This document shows positions 1-14,133 of a DNA stretch of 64,000 bases, piece after piece. The stretch's first letter is position 1; the number at the start of each line of letters is the position of its first letter. The translations under genes were made by a program, and so were the position numbers. Below the pieces are notes generated by a model, which saw nothing but the letters and a program-made list of their open reading frames with translations, was not told the DNA's origin and did no database searches. This DNA comes from Epiperipatus broadwayi (Eukaryota > Animalia > Onychophora), in assembly GCA_028023455.1 (NCBI GenBank), contig JAQFVV010000007.1, positions 12,276,001 to 12,340,000 on the forward strand, read 5' to 3'.

Positions 1-182
1 CGAAAACAATAAATTAAAAAGAATTAAAGAATTTTTATTATTGAAAATTTATGTTAAAAGTTACTGGAATGTTAAGTAGAATTACGGGATAGTAGTTTAG
101 TATAAATTTATTTTGTGTTGGTTACAGTCTGCTAGAACAGTGAAACTATTGGGTGTGAACTTTTTTTTTTATAAAAATATAT

Positions 183-2900
183 ATTTATTTATTTATTTAA
201 AGTATATTCTTTATTAATAACACAAATTTTATATACACTTTTTACAAATAAACCACATGGCTTAACTATCAGATATACATAATAATTATTTCACTCTACT
301 TTAAAAACACTACCCTATGCAAATGCAAAGAACATCACTATATATCCAGGTCTTCTATAAATATTTTGATTTGGATTATCAATCCCACACTTCACATAGT
401 GTCAGCATACATCCACACCATATTTTGATCATAATTTTCTTCGGTAGGTATCTTAGGCATTGATTAAACTATTTGCTCCAATCTTTATCTAGTTTTTTTT
501 AACCAGTTATACTTTTTATTATCAAAGATTACATTACATTATATGGACCATATTGTTTTTAATGTATGTATTATTTCCAATGTATTATGTGGATTAAAGA
601 TCACAAAGTTTCTTTTTACTATTTTATTTAAGTTTATTACTGGTTTATGAAACAATTTATTTCTAGTGTGCCAGAGGACCTTACACTCCTCAATTAAGTG
701 CAACAAGCTATCTTCCTTTATTTTACATAATATGCATATTGGTTCCAAGTTCATATGGACCCTACTATTCAGCAGGGTCTTAGTAGGAAGGAGGCCATTT
801 AGAAACCTAAACGTAAACCTAATGTACGATTGTGGTGCACCCATCTGTTGCAATTTCTTCAATATATTATTTATATTTAATCCAGGTAAAAATCTTTCTA
901 TACTTCATGCATTACTTCCCAGGTTTTTTATCTCTCTATATTTAACCTCTTCCAAACTAATCAAGTCTAGATTGTCCTGTAAATCCCTGTATGCTATCCT
1001 CAGGTCGGCAAAAAAATTTCCTTTCCCTAGTTCATGGTAGATGTTAACTTCAATCAGTGGAGGGTCAAAGCATTTATCTTTAATGACATTTATATATGTA
1101 TTAGCTTTGATAAATATAATATATTCTTTTAGGTCAATTAAGTTAAGACCTCCCTTATTAATAGATAACTGTAATGTTGAGATCGAAACTAGATTTATTG
1201 CCCTTCCCCATATATATTTCTTTGCCATTCTATAGATCTTACTTGTTGGGTTATAAAGGTCAATCCATGGGGGGTAATAGTTCAATACACCCATTGTTAT
1301 AGCATTATATACTCTAGCCCTTGTAACTTCATAAAGTTTTAATGATGAGAAATTGTTTATCCTTGTGGCTATCTTTTCTATAATTAATTTATTTAAATAT
1401 CTGTTGAGGTCTTTGAGTTATATAATGGTATTCTTAGAAAATCTGTTGGTGTGATAAGGAATTCACAGGGCATTTTTTTTCCCTGTGGCCAATTGCCATG
1501 CTGCAGATTTTGCCAGTTGAACAGAAGATCCAGTTTGTTCTTGAAATTTATTGAGTATGCTCATCACAAATTGGATGTTGTAGGCATTTTGAAAAATTAT
1601 TATTAGATCATCAATAAAGGCAACAACTCCTACCTTCACCCCAAGATGCAGTAAATATATACCTGTAATCTTACCTTCTATATCTTTTACTAGAGGATCT
1701 ATACATATTGCAAAAAGCAATTCAGCCAATGGTGAAACCTGAGGAATCCCTTTGTTTGGTATAAAGAAATCAGATTGCCTTATATAATTTTTAATTGAAA
1801 TCCTGTTATTACTAATGCAGTTTTCAATTGTGTTTACCAACATACCATGCTCAGGTATTAATTAGCGCATTTACCCTTGACTGCATGATATACCTTTGAA
1901 ATCTTAGAGAAAACCAAAGAATGAAGTCTCTTCAATAGTATCCTAGCTAGTATCTTTGGGTCTATGTCTTCTATTGATATATGTCTTAGATCTTCTAATG
2001 TTGGTGTCTGTTTTACTTTAGCCATCTTAATACTAAACAAAACCCTATCATTAATGTATGGCCATTTTAACTTTTGACAGCACATTTAATTGAAAAACTT
2101 CCACATTGGCTCTATTAGAGCATAATCTATTAGTTTATAAATATTAGCTGGAATTGAATCATTAGCATTAGTAATTATTTTTTTAACCTTAATATTTTTT
2201 CTTTTATTTCTTGTCTCATGATGTAATCTTTTGTAGCTTCCAACACTTCACTTTTATAATGTTGTATAGACCCTTTGACTTTGGCAAATTTTCTTTTTAT
2301 ATTATTATAGATATATTCATCAACTCTTATCCCTGACACAATATCATCATCATTATTTTTAATGGAATCTATTCCTTTTGTGTGTTGTATATAAACTTTA
2401 CCATAATTAATCATTGGTCTAGATAAATTGCCTAGTCTTGGTATTAACTTTCTAATCTATTTAGTTTGGGATTCTTGTTGCATATAGGAATATATATCAT
2501 TGTATTCATCTTGTAGTTTGTCAATTAGTAAGTAGTTAGGCTTGTATTTTGATAGACATTTTAATGTTTTTTGAATCTCCACAATTCTATTTTTCATCTG
2601 ATTTAGGGATAGGTTATGTTCATTTATCTTCCTACATAATTGAGAAATAATCTTTTTTATTTTATACCATGCTCGGGTAGGCTGGTATTTCTTGTATAAT
2701 AATTCAGAATAATTAATATATTTGAGATGTGATCAGTGGTAAATTGCAGTCCACATCCAATATTTTTCCTTATGGTAAAGGTATATTTATTTTGATCCTT
2801 AATATAATCATTGACTATCAGCTGAACATGCAGATGTAATCAATCATTAAACAAGGTCTAGTGCCCCTCGTTCATTTTATTAAAAAGTTGTAATTATGAA
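183..2900 (-). mobile_element. L1/Tx1-clade non-LTR retrotransposon, 5'-truncated, with a decayed ORF2 (end of APE endonuclease, RT, C-terminal CCHC knuckle)
   Basis: Track ORF 1463-1843 has RT motifs KGIPQVSPLAELLF and VAFIDDL. ORF 905-1294 has KKYIWG...NKGGLNL. ORF 539-862 has FRFLNGLLPTK...CILC...EDSLLHLIEEC. Endonuclease-like IDYI and TDH remnants lie at ~2720-2840. There is an AATAAA plus (TAAA)n-like tail at ~183-215. Many stops and frameshifts. Confidence 0.9.
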
Positions 2901-2944
2901 TAAGTCAGCCAATGAAGGCCAGAGTATATTAGTCCAAGAGTGCA

Positions 2945-3600
2945 GTGTTCAAGTATGACCACCTCTTCTGTCTTTTTTTTTTTGATGAATAGCCTTCGTT
3001 TTCTCCAAGTTGTTACAAAACAGTTGAACTACTTCTGATTCTGATTTTCCAATAACTATCTTACATCTGGTTTTCCATAATGAGAATACGGTGAAGATTG
3101 CGATTCTGATCAGTCCAAAAATTTTGTAATTTATACAGTCTCGTATTGAAGTGATGCAATTTACTCCCATTTGGGAGCGGTCGTGGATGAATTTCCTGAC
3201 TTTGTCAAATCGCGTACATGCTCTAATTAGGTGTTAAATTGTCTCATCTTCTCGCCCACACAATTGGTATATAGGGTCAAATTTTTTGAAACCTCTTTTA
3301 TATACAAGAAACCAATTCTTGGACAAAGCGTCATGATTTAATTTGATCACAAAATCAATGAATTTCGGCTCCAATGCCCTGATAAGAGCTTATTGTTAGT
3401 TAGATTTAGTTTACTTGGCAAACATTTTAGATAGTTTAAATCTGAATTTATTGAAAGTTTGTACACACGTAAATATAGACAAATCGATTAAGCAACTTAA
3501 GGCATATAAATTGGATTATTTAATCTCTCTAGCTATATTGAAGATTAACGACCATAGAAACACATTCGAAGTATTACTCTTAAAGGAATTAAAGTGCTTT
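2945..3600 (-). mobile_element. 3' fragment of a second, divergent L1/Tx1-clade element (zinc-knuckle region)
   Basis: Hand translation upstream of ORF 2949-3170 gives FIDFVIKLNHDAL...DPIYQLCGREDETI*HLIRAC, followed by FSLWKTRC. This is the typical L1 ORF2 C-terminus. Confidence 0.75.
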
Positions 3601-4149
3601 TAATTTAAAGAATTTTAAATGCGTTTTTTATATTTACACTCACGCATACAAACTCGTGCACAGACATGCAAATGAAAAATCTTATATTTATTCAATTGTT
3701 ATTTATGTATGAATCGATCTTTTTTTTTTAAAAAAAAAAATCGTTTTCTCTTGTTTTCTTGTTTACTTGCCGAGTTGTTTCTTTCATTCTTTACAAATGT
3801 TTTCTAAAAATGTTTTTTTTTAACTCTTCTTTCCTGTCCTAAGAAATTCAATTTGATGAATTCAAATTTCTTTTCTATTATGCTTATTGACATTCTCAAA
3901 TTAATTGTTAAATTGAATTCTTTGATTAATTTCCCTTTCTCATAATTAAATTTTTATAATATTACCAAAACAGTCCCATTCTTGTAAAGAAATAAATTAT
4001 ACAAATTAAGAAACTTTATATATATATATTTATATAGTTCAAATGCAAATAATATTCGAGTTGTGTTTTATATATATTCAATTACAACTTCTGTAATGTA
4101 ATTTTGTTCACTTTAAGACTGTATAATTAATATGTACCGTATAATTAAA

Positions 4150-4850
4150 AGATCTTAAGACATTACAAAGATCATGGTGTTGAGTTTGATGCAGTCATTG
4201 TTGAAGTGATTTGCAAATAAAGAAATGATAGAAAGAGCAAGGAACCTGGTTAAATGCACAAAAATCAACGCATAATGAGTAAGAGAGACGATAGTCTTCA
4301 TGTAAATAAATAATGAGTCTTTAGTATCATTTAATGGATTTGTTATATAATGTTGATAACTATAAGTATAGTGCTAATATATTAAAATATAACTTTATTT
4401 GCTGTGTCCTTATATTTCTAAGGTGACAAAATCCATTTATATTTCTGAAATGCCAAAAATCCATCCTTTTATATATACATTCAAGTTTTGGAATTTATCA
4501 GCAGTCTTCATTTCTGCTTTACTATATGGTCACCATCTATTAGCACAGAAAGAAAATCTACCCCTCTCAAAATATTTTGGAACAGCTTTACAATTTAAAG
4601 GTTAAATATAAAAACATTTCTGAAATAACGTAATATTTGAGATATATTTAAACTTACTACTATATACACATATAAAAGATATAATTAAAACTTCTATTCT
4701 TCTACACACTTTATAATAATGATAAAGGTTTGGTCTATATATGAAAATAGGGCTGATGAAATCTCACCTAGTTGTGAAATAATTAAGCAAACTCACTACT
4801 TATTGCATTTGGTATAAATATTAATTCCACTCTAAAATTTCAAAATGATT
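4150..4850 (+). mobile_element. Decayed Penelope-like element 3' part (GIY-YIG region) with a degenerate hammerhead
   Basis: PYISKVTKSI (ORF 4399). GIYQ...YY(I)G(Q)T with small deletions at ~4490-4535. CTGATGA...GAAA at ~4755-4782. Confidence 0.5.
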
Positions 4851-4999
4851 AGTAAATTTAACTTTATTTATGCTGAAAAGCATAAAAATGGATTGACGAC
4901 CATATTCTTTAGTTTACTCAACATATGGATTTGTTTAATCATTTCACAACTAGATGAATCTTAAGAAAGCTGAGAATTTACAATTTAGAACTGTAACTT

Positions 5000-5672
5000 T
5001 TTAAACTACACAGAGGCTAAACTCTTCATACACTAGCATCACTCAGTGCAAGGCAGAGTAATCAATGGATACAAAAGGTTTGTGCATAAAATCCCTATCT
5101 AGTGCCTACCCATCCAACATTCTCCAAACTAGTTTCTAACTTGTGGTTTTTGTCAATGAGGAGCTTTGGATCCGAGAGCACTGTACCTAGATCTTCAATC
5201 TAATGCACTCCTCCAGCAGCCACTTTTTACCTTATTAGCTAGATATAAAGCTTTGAGTCCAAAATGAAAACACAATAATATTTTCAATTTAAGCTCATTA
5301 GCTTGTATAATCATATTGCTCTGAACACAGTTCACCATTCATACATTTTGGTGTTTTTGGTTCTTTAAAAACCACAGTCACATAATCCTATAGACAAGAT
5401 TGGTACTAAACCACTAAAATGACATGGTCACTATTTTTTATGCTAATTCAAGATGTTTACACAGAGGCTAAACACTCCAGGCAGTAGTACCATTCAGTGT
5501 AATCCAGAATAATCAATGGATGCAAGTAGGCTTATGCACAAACCTTTTTGCATCCAATAATTACTCTGGCTTGTACTGAGTGATGCTACTGTATGGAGAG
5601 TTTAGCCTTTGTGCAAACAGCTTGTGTAGGCATAAAGAAAGGTGATCATGTGATGTTTAGTGGTTTTTTAAT
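5000..5672 (-). mobile_element. Repeat family R1 (hammerhead-bearing, ~451-bp tandem unit) with an inverted terminal arm
   Basis: CAGAGGCTAAAC recurs at 5011 and 5462. 5535-5672 is the reverse complement of ~5410-5535. A degenerate ribozyme core lies at ~5125-5155. Clear similarity to the copies at 13900, 51870 and 62908. Confidence 0.85.
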
Positions 5673-7834
5673 CTTTTAAACTATTAAATTATTGGTGATT
5701 TAATTCAAAATCTATGGAAAACACCCAAATATTTTATTTTCAATGCTTGAATTACTTATAAATTTATGAGCAATAAATTATTTGATTATGTTGCCCTGCA
5801 TAATATAGTTTCATGGAGTGACAGACTCTGGAACATGAGGGTCATAAACCATGGCTCATCTCTGTCACTTTCAGTGCTTAAACTTTTTATCATTTTTTCA
5901 GCAATAAGTCATTTGTTTATCTTAATAGAAAAGTTAGACTCCATGAACCTTAACATGAGTCAATCTTTTTTTTTTTTTGCTCTAACTTATTGAAATATTC
6001 CAGGTAATAAACCACTCTGTGTATTTTGCCTGATATGGATTTATTCAATAATAGAGAAATGAAGCTTGTAGGTCAATGCTTATTGATTATAGAGCTATCA
6101 CTCTGGTGGTTGAACTTTTCATGAGCTCTTGAGCAGCAAACCATTCAATTATTTTACCCTGCATGGTTTGGACTATAGATTTGCCATGAAGCCCAACGTA
6201 TCCACTTCCAGTGATTGAAGTTCTTCTAAACTCCTGAGTAAAAATATATACATTTATATTATCTTAATATGAAAGTAAATCCTATAAATATGACATTTAT
6301 ACTGAATTGCATAGTATTGTGCAGAGATAATTTTTGAGCCATGGATGCCCTTTGTTATTCCCTTTGCTTTGATTTTTGACAAATCTCCAACAAGATAATA
6401 TTTAATTATTAGATATAGTGACTAAAAATAGGCATATTATCATCATTTTCAGAATTTTAATCAATAAATAAAATCATATGATCATTTTATTAGAAGGATA
6501 AAAAGTTTCTTTATTCACTAGAAATGAATACGGAAGTTTCAAATTCTTAAACGTCTACTGGGTTAATTCATGCAGGAGAGTTAAATCATATAACCAATTG
6601 CTGAGAACAGTAATTGATGTTTAATTACTAGAACATAATCATGGTAGTTTCATTCAGTCTCTTGGCAATTGATACATACTCTCTTAGCATTTGATCTTGT
6701 GCTCTTATTACTGCTCTAATTGCAGGGTGTAATAAGAATATTAATTGTTTCAATATTTTAACTTTTGTGTTATAAAAAATAACAACAAAATAAGATGTTA
6801 ATCTTTTACTAGTAATATGTCTAACACATCACATCTCTATCTTTTATATTACTGTTTGAGCTGTTAGATGAGCTGTTACTGTGTGGGTATTTATTATTAA
6901 ACATTACTGTCTGACATCTATTATTTTTTAAATCTTACATTCGGTGGTATATATTTAAAAAAATAAAAATAATGAGAGCAATGTGTATGGAGATTCTGAA
7001 CAAAAATCTAGCTTTTGTTGTAATCAGTATCAGTATTCTTATTTGATGCTTAAAAAATTTCTTAACAATTTCATAAATTGGACAATGATATGCAATAGGT
7101 AAAATTTCAAACCTGCTAATAACTATTGAAACTTCATTCCAATTACTCTATTCTATTGTGTAGTGCTAATTTCAACTTAATTTAATAAGCTTGCAAACAA
7201 ACTGCCATAATTAGCATGCAGTATAAAAAACAAATGCATTAGCTCTAATCTGACAACTCACCCTAAATGTTTGATCTAGCTATGACATCTAGTATTGCCT
7301 TCACATTAAAAAATGGAATATTTTTCATAATATTTTTCAACTCTTAAAAAAGTGTAAAGCAGACAGCAATAGAATCAGGCCAAATTCAAAGCAGTTGTTT
7401 TTTTATTGAAATTTTATTCTAATTAACTTCTATTAAACTTGTTAGTTATTACTATTTATTTTATGGTATACTTAAAAGCATAAACATTGATGAAAAGAGA
7501 TTTACATTTTGTCATCTATACATAATTAAACTTGATATGATTGGATGCTTTAATCATTGTTAAATTTGTTCATACAACTGTTGTCTCTGGCTAATGTATG
7601 TGATTTATTATTATATGGCATATTATGTCAGTTTGTTATAAGATTATTAAAATAAGTAGGAATTATATGAGCATTCCAAAATTTATTATAAACAACATAA
7701 AGTGTAGTTTCCGCAGCATCTCAGCTGATTTAAAATGTTTTATGTCATTTAATCTTCTGTTTTATGATCTCTTCAAAACCTTAGACACAAATAATATTGT
7801 GTGATAATAATTTACTTTTTGTTATATATTTGTT

Positions 7835-8810
7835 TGTAAGGTACTTGAACTCAGATTTTCAAACTCATTACAGATATCCAATCCATCTTGTATAACTGAC
7901 ACAACTGGACACTTAATGTGAAAAAAATAGATAATCTGCAATATATGTATTTTATGCTGAACCACCACAAATCAATTGGTTTGGATCACCATCTCCCACA
8001 CATATATACAATTACTGCTCAGTTTCAGTAAATTTTCAAACTTTAATGGACAAGCTTCAATCTTCTACACTCTTCAACTTTTCAGTCATCCATTTCATTG
8101 AAAATCCAAGGGCATATTGTCAAAACATTTGTTGATGCCAATATTATTGGCATACCTGTGTTGATCTTAAGTCAATCTTACCCCTGAAACATAGGTCCTT
8201 AATATTTTCATTTAATTATACAAAATAGGAATGAGCAGAATACAGGCTGAATATATTTGAGATAATTTATCTTTTTACCATATAAGTGGTTATGTGTATC
8301 AATTGTATAAAGTGGATTGGATAGCTGCTGGGAGTTTGAAAGTCTGAGTTCAAGTCTCTTATAACTAATTTTAGTATAGAAAATATACATCTGTTAACAT
8401 ATTACATATTTAGACTGTTTTCTGCCATTTCTTTTCTGTATAATTAAATAGACATATTAAAGTCCTATGTGTGACATGTCAGACTGACTCAGGGTCAATA
8501 TGGATATGTCACTAATATTGGCATCAACAAGCTTTTCACATTACATCATCAGATTTTCAATGATATGGATGGCAGAAGAGTTGGAGAGTGGAGAAGATTG
8601 AAGCTTGTTCATTAAAGTTTGAAGATTTTCTATTTTAATATAAATGGAGCAGTGATTGTATATATGTGAAGGAGATGATGATCTGAAACAACAGATGAAT
8701 GCTGGTTATATTGGAGATCGTTTATTTTTTTACATGTATGTGGACATATGTATCAGTTGTATAATATGGGTTGGAAATGTGTGTGAAAGACAGAGTTCAT
8801 ATCCATTATA
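7835..8810. mobile_element. Repeat family R2 composite (one antisense piece plus two sense pieces)
   Basis: Shares terminal TGAACTCAGA-TTTTCAAAC / GAAAGTCTGAGTTCAAG and the internal ACTTTAATGGACAAGCTTCAATCTTC block with 11385, 17489 and 49196. Confidence 0.8.
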
Positions 8811-11384
8811 ATCACATTAAGTTTCCAAAAATTACTTTTAATAATAAGAGTAAAGGTGTAGAAAGTATAGAATATAAATATTTTATCATATGATCAGTTG
8901 TTTGGGAGCTCTAATACAGATTGAAATACATCAAGCTTTCAGATATAATACAAGAACTTCATTACTGATTAATTCATTTGCATGGGAAAACATTTCACAA
9001 ATACATAACTTTTATTTTTATTACTTTACCACTGTAATAAACTTTTCAGTGTGTCATAAATAAGTGAAGACTAAAAATATTCATTTTATATTATTTAGTT
9101 TGATAGCTTTTGAATTGCATTGATATGAAGATATGATGAAAACATTTCAATATAGCTCCAATTGCTAAAATGTTGGCAAAATATTCTTGAGGAAAAGAAA
9201 TTAAATAAAGGATTACTAATAAAAAAAACTATTTCTCATAGCGATTAAATGTAGTTTTAGGCACCAAACATATCTACAGAATGTATCTCAATAAAAATAA
9301 GATTGAGTCTGCCTCCAACATGTTTGTAGTGTCATTTTTGACTCAGGTTATGACTAACATAGTGACATAGTTTACATACAACCACAATATTTTAAAGCAC
9401 TATCATATATTCATGATCAGTTATAGCAAAGTGTGTGTTTTTTTATCTTAATGCACAATGTAACAATGCCATAAATTTTGCTTTCAACTGAATAAAACTG
9501 CTGTGTAATGTTTTTAATGATTCAAACCATGTAAGGCAGTGAAGATGTGAATCACAAAAATGCTTTCAAATAGTTTTCTAGATTTTGTGATGAAAGAGAA
9601 AACATTAAGATCAATCTATAAAAATATGAACCACATTATCACATTTTCCATCTTATAATCCACATATGATCATGCCATAAAATTTGTGTGTTGAACAGCT
9701 AAAGTATATTATTAAGTAATGCAGGTATTGATTCAGGGATGGCAAAACAAGAAAATTAGAGGAAAAATTAGTCACAATTTTACTCGTACACACCATGAAT
9801 ATTAAAGCAATATTTCATTCACTTAGCTTACCTCAGAAACAAGACTATTTCATTTCATTTAGCTATAGTGCCATCTATTGTAATCATAATTAATTAGTAA
9901 TCACCAGATGGTAATGCAAAAGCCAGAAACTGATATGGAGATTAAATTGCACTACCAGTCTGATAAACACTGATTTCTCAAACATATATCAGATGAAGCT
10001 AGAAAAGAACAAGAACAAATCTTATACTTTCAAATTTTCTGCATGGACAAATTTCATGCCAATCTCTTTAGGGAATATTATTGTTTATTACCAATCTCAT
10101 AGAATGTATAATGCAACAGAACTTTTAAATGTATCTACAAAAGATGTTACACAGGAAAAAGAAAAAAGTTGAATTATTGTATGCTTTCATGTATAATAAA
10201 AAATAGATAAATCTGAGATTAATGTTTAGTTTTAGATATATAAATGATATGGTAATATCTATTGTAATAAATGATTAATAATAATCATTATTGTACTTGC
10301 ACAAAATAAATAGTTTCAAAAATGTGAATGCAGTAATTTTGATATTTTTAGTCTAACCTGTAGTAAAGTTAAAACTTTAAAGTTTGTAACTGAACATAAT
10401 TTCCATGTGATAATCTCTAGCCTAATAAATGATTGATAGTAATTATTAATATATTTAACAGAAATAGATGATATCAAAGTTGTAAGTGCAGAAAGTTTAA
10501 AACTTAGAAAATCAAATTGTAATAATTTGTTAATGATAAGTACTGAAGGAATGATGAAGTTGTATGTAAAAGACTGTAACTTGAGCAGAATGAAGTGCCA
10601 TGTTTTAGCATGAAATTTATTTTTGGAGGTTATTTAGTCTTCTTTTAAATATTTTATTGATGCAACAAATTTCAGCGTAATTTTGTTAAATAAATATTAT
10701 AAGTAACTTTTTTAATGATTGTAATGGATACTTTATATTTTTTTGTTTAATACGTCTTTAAACTTTACAAAAATCCCCTTTTATTGATAATCTGGTCTTC
10801 ATATAATATTATTGTTAAATATTATTCAAAAGCATAGATTTAAAACAAAAGTCAACTTTATTTTTTTTAAGTTAAATTCTTTTTTTTTTATTTTCATTAG
10901 TTTTTATGTTAGGTTATTTATTTTCTTTTTTTCCCCCTTCTTTATTCATATAAATGACCTTTCTGGATTTTATAAGAGAATAACGTTATTTATTTATAAA
11001 ACTCTTCAGGGTATTTTTAAATATAATTTTATTTTAAAATTTTAAAATGTAATTTATTAAAAAATATATATTTTAAAAATATTTATTTTTATATAAACAA
11101 GGAACTTGGCCAATAGTGGAGCAGGTCTTGGTGAGCAAAAATTCCTGGTCCTCTATTTGAAAATAGTCAAAAAATTTTGATTGGGATTTGAGCATGTGAG
11201 TCTTATTAAAGAGGTCATGTGACATCCATGCAAATAAGTGTCAGGTAGTTTTGTTCAATTGTTACTTTTTTAATTAGTTGGAAATCAAGCTAGAAATATC
11301 TGGCTCTTAAATGTACCAGTCTATCACTTATAAGGTATAGTAGAGAATTTAAATACAAATTTTTAAGCACCCTTCAGCTATTGA

Positions 11385-11495
11385 TCCTTTTTCATATAAC
11401 TGATACACATGACGACACACATGTGAAAAAGATAAAAGATCTCCAATATACATATTTCTTGCTGAACATCAGTTAGTCCAGATCGTTATTTCACA

Positions 11496-11569
<74 letters not shown>

Positions 11570-11850
11570 ACACACACATATATATATATATAAGTGTCCA
11601 GCTTATATTAAGATAGCAAATCTTCAAACCTTAATGAACAGGCTTCAATCTACCTCCTCCAACTCTTCAACCATCCATACCATTGAAAATATGATGATGG
11701 AATGCCCAAATTCTTTGTTGATACCAATATTATTGTGATACCCATATTGAACTTAAGTTACTCTGATCCTTTACATATAGGACTTTATATAAAATAATGT
11801 TAATAGATGAAAGATGGTTGAAAGTCTGTGTTCAAATTCTCTACAATTAC
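11385..11850 (-). mobile_element. Repeat family R2 copy with internal (CA)n(TA)n and a short inverted 3' end
   Basis: Similar to 17489-17800. Microsatellite at 11495-11590. Inverted terminus GAAAGTCTGTGTTCAAATTC at ~11820-11842. Confidence 0.8.
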
Positions 11851-13089
11851 ATCCAATTTCCAAGTGTATTAAATCATACTTGTATTCTAATATTATAAGA
11901 TATTGGTGAATGATATTAGAAGAAAGCTTATATCATAATAATAATTAGCATGGTTAGGATATATTTAATTATTCTACAATAGGTGTATGTAAGCCAGTAT
12001 CCATAAAAAATTACTTCAAGATGTCCATGAGCTTGAAATGAAATAAATCAATTTTTTGCCTTTATTTCTTATGATTTCTAATTCAAACATACCATTTCAT
12101 TCACTTATAAATGTAAAAAAATAAATTATAATAGTCTTTATTTATAACACATTATAATTGTTGTATATCTCAAAAAAATTGCTTGCACGATTCGTGATTA
12201 AAAATTATAGTTGTTATTAGACCCAATACAAGGTGATAATACAACCATTTTTTTGCAGTGCAAAAGCTATTGTGTGCTTTAATTTTCCCATTAACTGTTA
12301 ATGTAAAAATGTAACAACAGAATGAGATCTCATAGGTAATGTCTCTGATCTGCTGAAATATAGGGGTGCCATTTTGAAATAATAAATCACTGAGTTGGCA
12401 CAAATTTTAGACATGGCTACTGAATGTCATGGAACAGTCTTTCACTGTAGGATGAGAAAGAGTTTATAATTTTTAAACTGATTGGGGAATAAAAAAGAAT
12501 TAAAACTTTTATTTTACAATGATGTGGTGTAGGCAAGAAGCTTGGCACATTAGTTTGATGAATTGCAATGCTTATTAAATTAAATTTCATGAATATTTAT
12601 TATGTGACTTCAGACAACTTTACTAAATGAGTGAGAAAATAGCTTTGTCAGTAAGGTTTTATAATAATGTTGAAAGTTTAAACCCACCTCTCACTGATAT
12701 ATCCTCTCCTTTCTGAGGCTGGATTGGAGGAAAGATAAACAGTTTTTAAACAATTTTTTATACATTTTGTATATTAAAGTAAGTAATATTTACTAAGGCT
12801 GTAACAAAATCATTGACTATTTCAGACACTAAGCTAAATCTAATGTGTCCTTTATGAGAAACATATGTATAGTCTTCATTGTCCCCCCCCCCCACTGCAG
12901 ATGAAATGACTATAAACTAGTCCATAAATAAATATTTTGAGTTTTTCTTACTACCATCATACTCATAATATTGTTGACTGGCCTATTTATAAAAAGATCT
13001 CATTTTGGAGAAAGCCATGTGACATTTTAATATATAATATTTTATCTTTTATGTATATTATTTTTACTAAAAGCTTTTAAAAAAAAAAA

Positions 13090-13890
13090 ACAGAAAGAAA
13101 ACTTTTCTTTTCATTATTTCCCAAACAGAAATATTTAATTTAAGCATTTTTAGATATTGAAAAAAAAATAAACATAAACAAAAGAGAGACAAAATTAATT
13201 AAAGTTACCAAGTGGTTCTTATTAATAATAATAAAAAGAGCATATATATTAATCTTTAACTCAGTTTAAAATTTATATTCAGGCTAGAAATGATATAGTA
13301 GTCTATAGCTTAATACATGTTTAATAATAATTATCTATGTATTTATTTAAAATGTATAGTGTCAAAATGTCATCTGTAAAGTAAATTGTAGGAAAAGATT
13401 GTTAGCCTTTTCAAATCCAGGTATTTTCTGTTGTTTCACCTGGTCAAAAATTTTGAGATTTCTCAACCTTTCATTTCTGCATAAAATCTTTATTTTAAAC
13501 TAGAACACAACCATTTGAACATTATTTCTTTTTAATTTTATTAATGAAATATATTCTAAATAATAATATTTGAATTATGCAAATATTGAAAAATGAGTTG
13601 TTAATAAGGATAAAGGCTTAAAATATTATACATTGATGTGAAAGTAAACAACCATGAAAAAATATTATATAATTTATTTATTAATGCAAACAAATGAATG
13701 TGGATTTATGATAAATCTCAATTTCTGTTTAAAAATCTGATATGTACTACAGTATTTGGGAGAAAATCTATCACTGTTTTAATTCTAACAAGTAAATGAA
13801 GAGTGTGGTTAAATCATGCAGTGATTTTCATTGCTATATGTTGGGGTCAAGTTTTCTAACTTCTATTTTTAAATATAAAATATACATGAA
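13090..13890 (+). repeat. Old dispersed AT-rich repeat, with a second copy at ~34790-35400
   Basis: TTGTTTCACCTGGT..AAA.TTTTGA....CTCA.CCTTT.A.TTCTG.ATAAAATCTTT is shared at ~13430-13490 and ~34945-35010. Confidence 0.6.
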
Positions 13891-14133
13891 TAAAATAAAA
13901 ACCATTAAACATCACATGGTCATCAATTTTATGCTTACACAAGCTGTTTACACAGAGGAAAAACTCTCCACACAGTAGCACCATTCAGTGCAATCCAGAA
14001 TAATTAATGATGCAGGAAGGTTTGTGCATAAGACCCCTATATAATGCCTACTCATCTAATATCTGCAAACTAGTTTCCAGCTTATGGCATTCATCAGTGA
14101 GAAGACATGAATCCAAGAGCATATTCCCTAGAT

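Noticed and set aside
5406-5672. Reading R1 as a piggyBac/Kolobok MITE because of TTAA|ACCACT termini
   Set aside because: The TTAA-ACCACT junction also recurs inside tandem units, arm lengths vary, and units carry a strand-specific ribozyme. A retro-origin fits better, though it is not proven.
9915-10172. ~86-codon open frame with four N-glycosylation sequons; another frame faintly RNase H-like
   Set aside because: A few stop-free stretches of this length are expected by chance at this AT content, and there are no credible splice sites or motifs.
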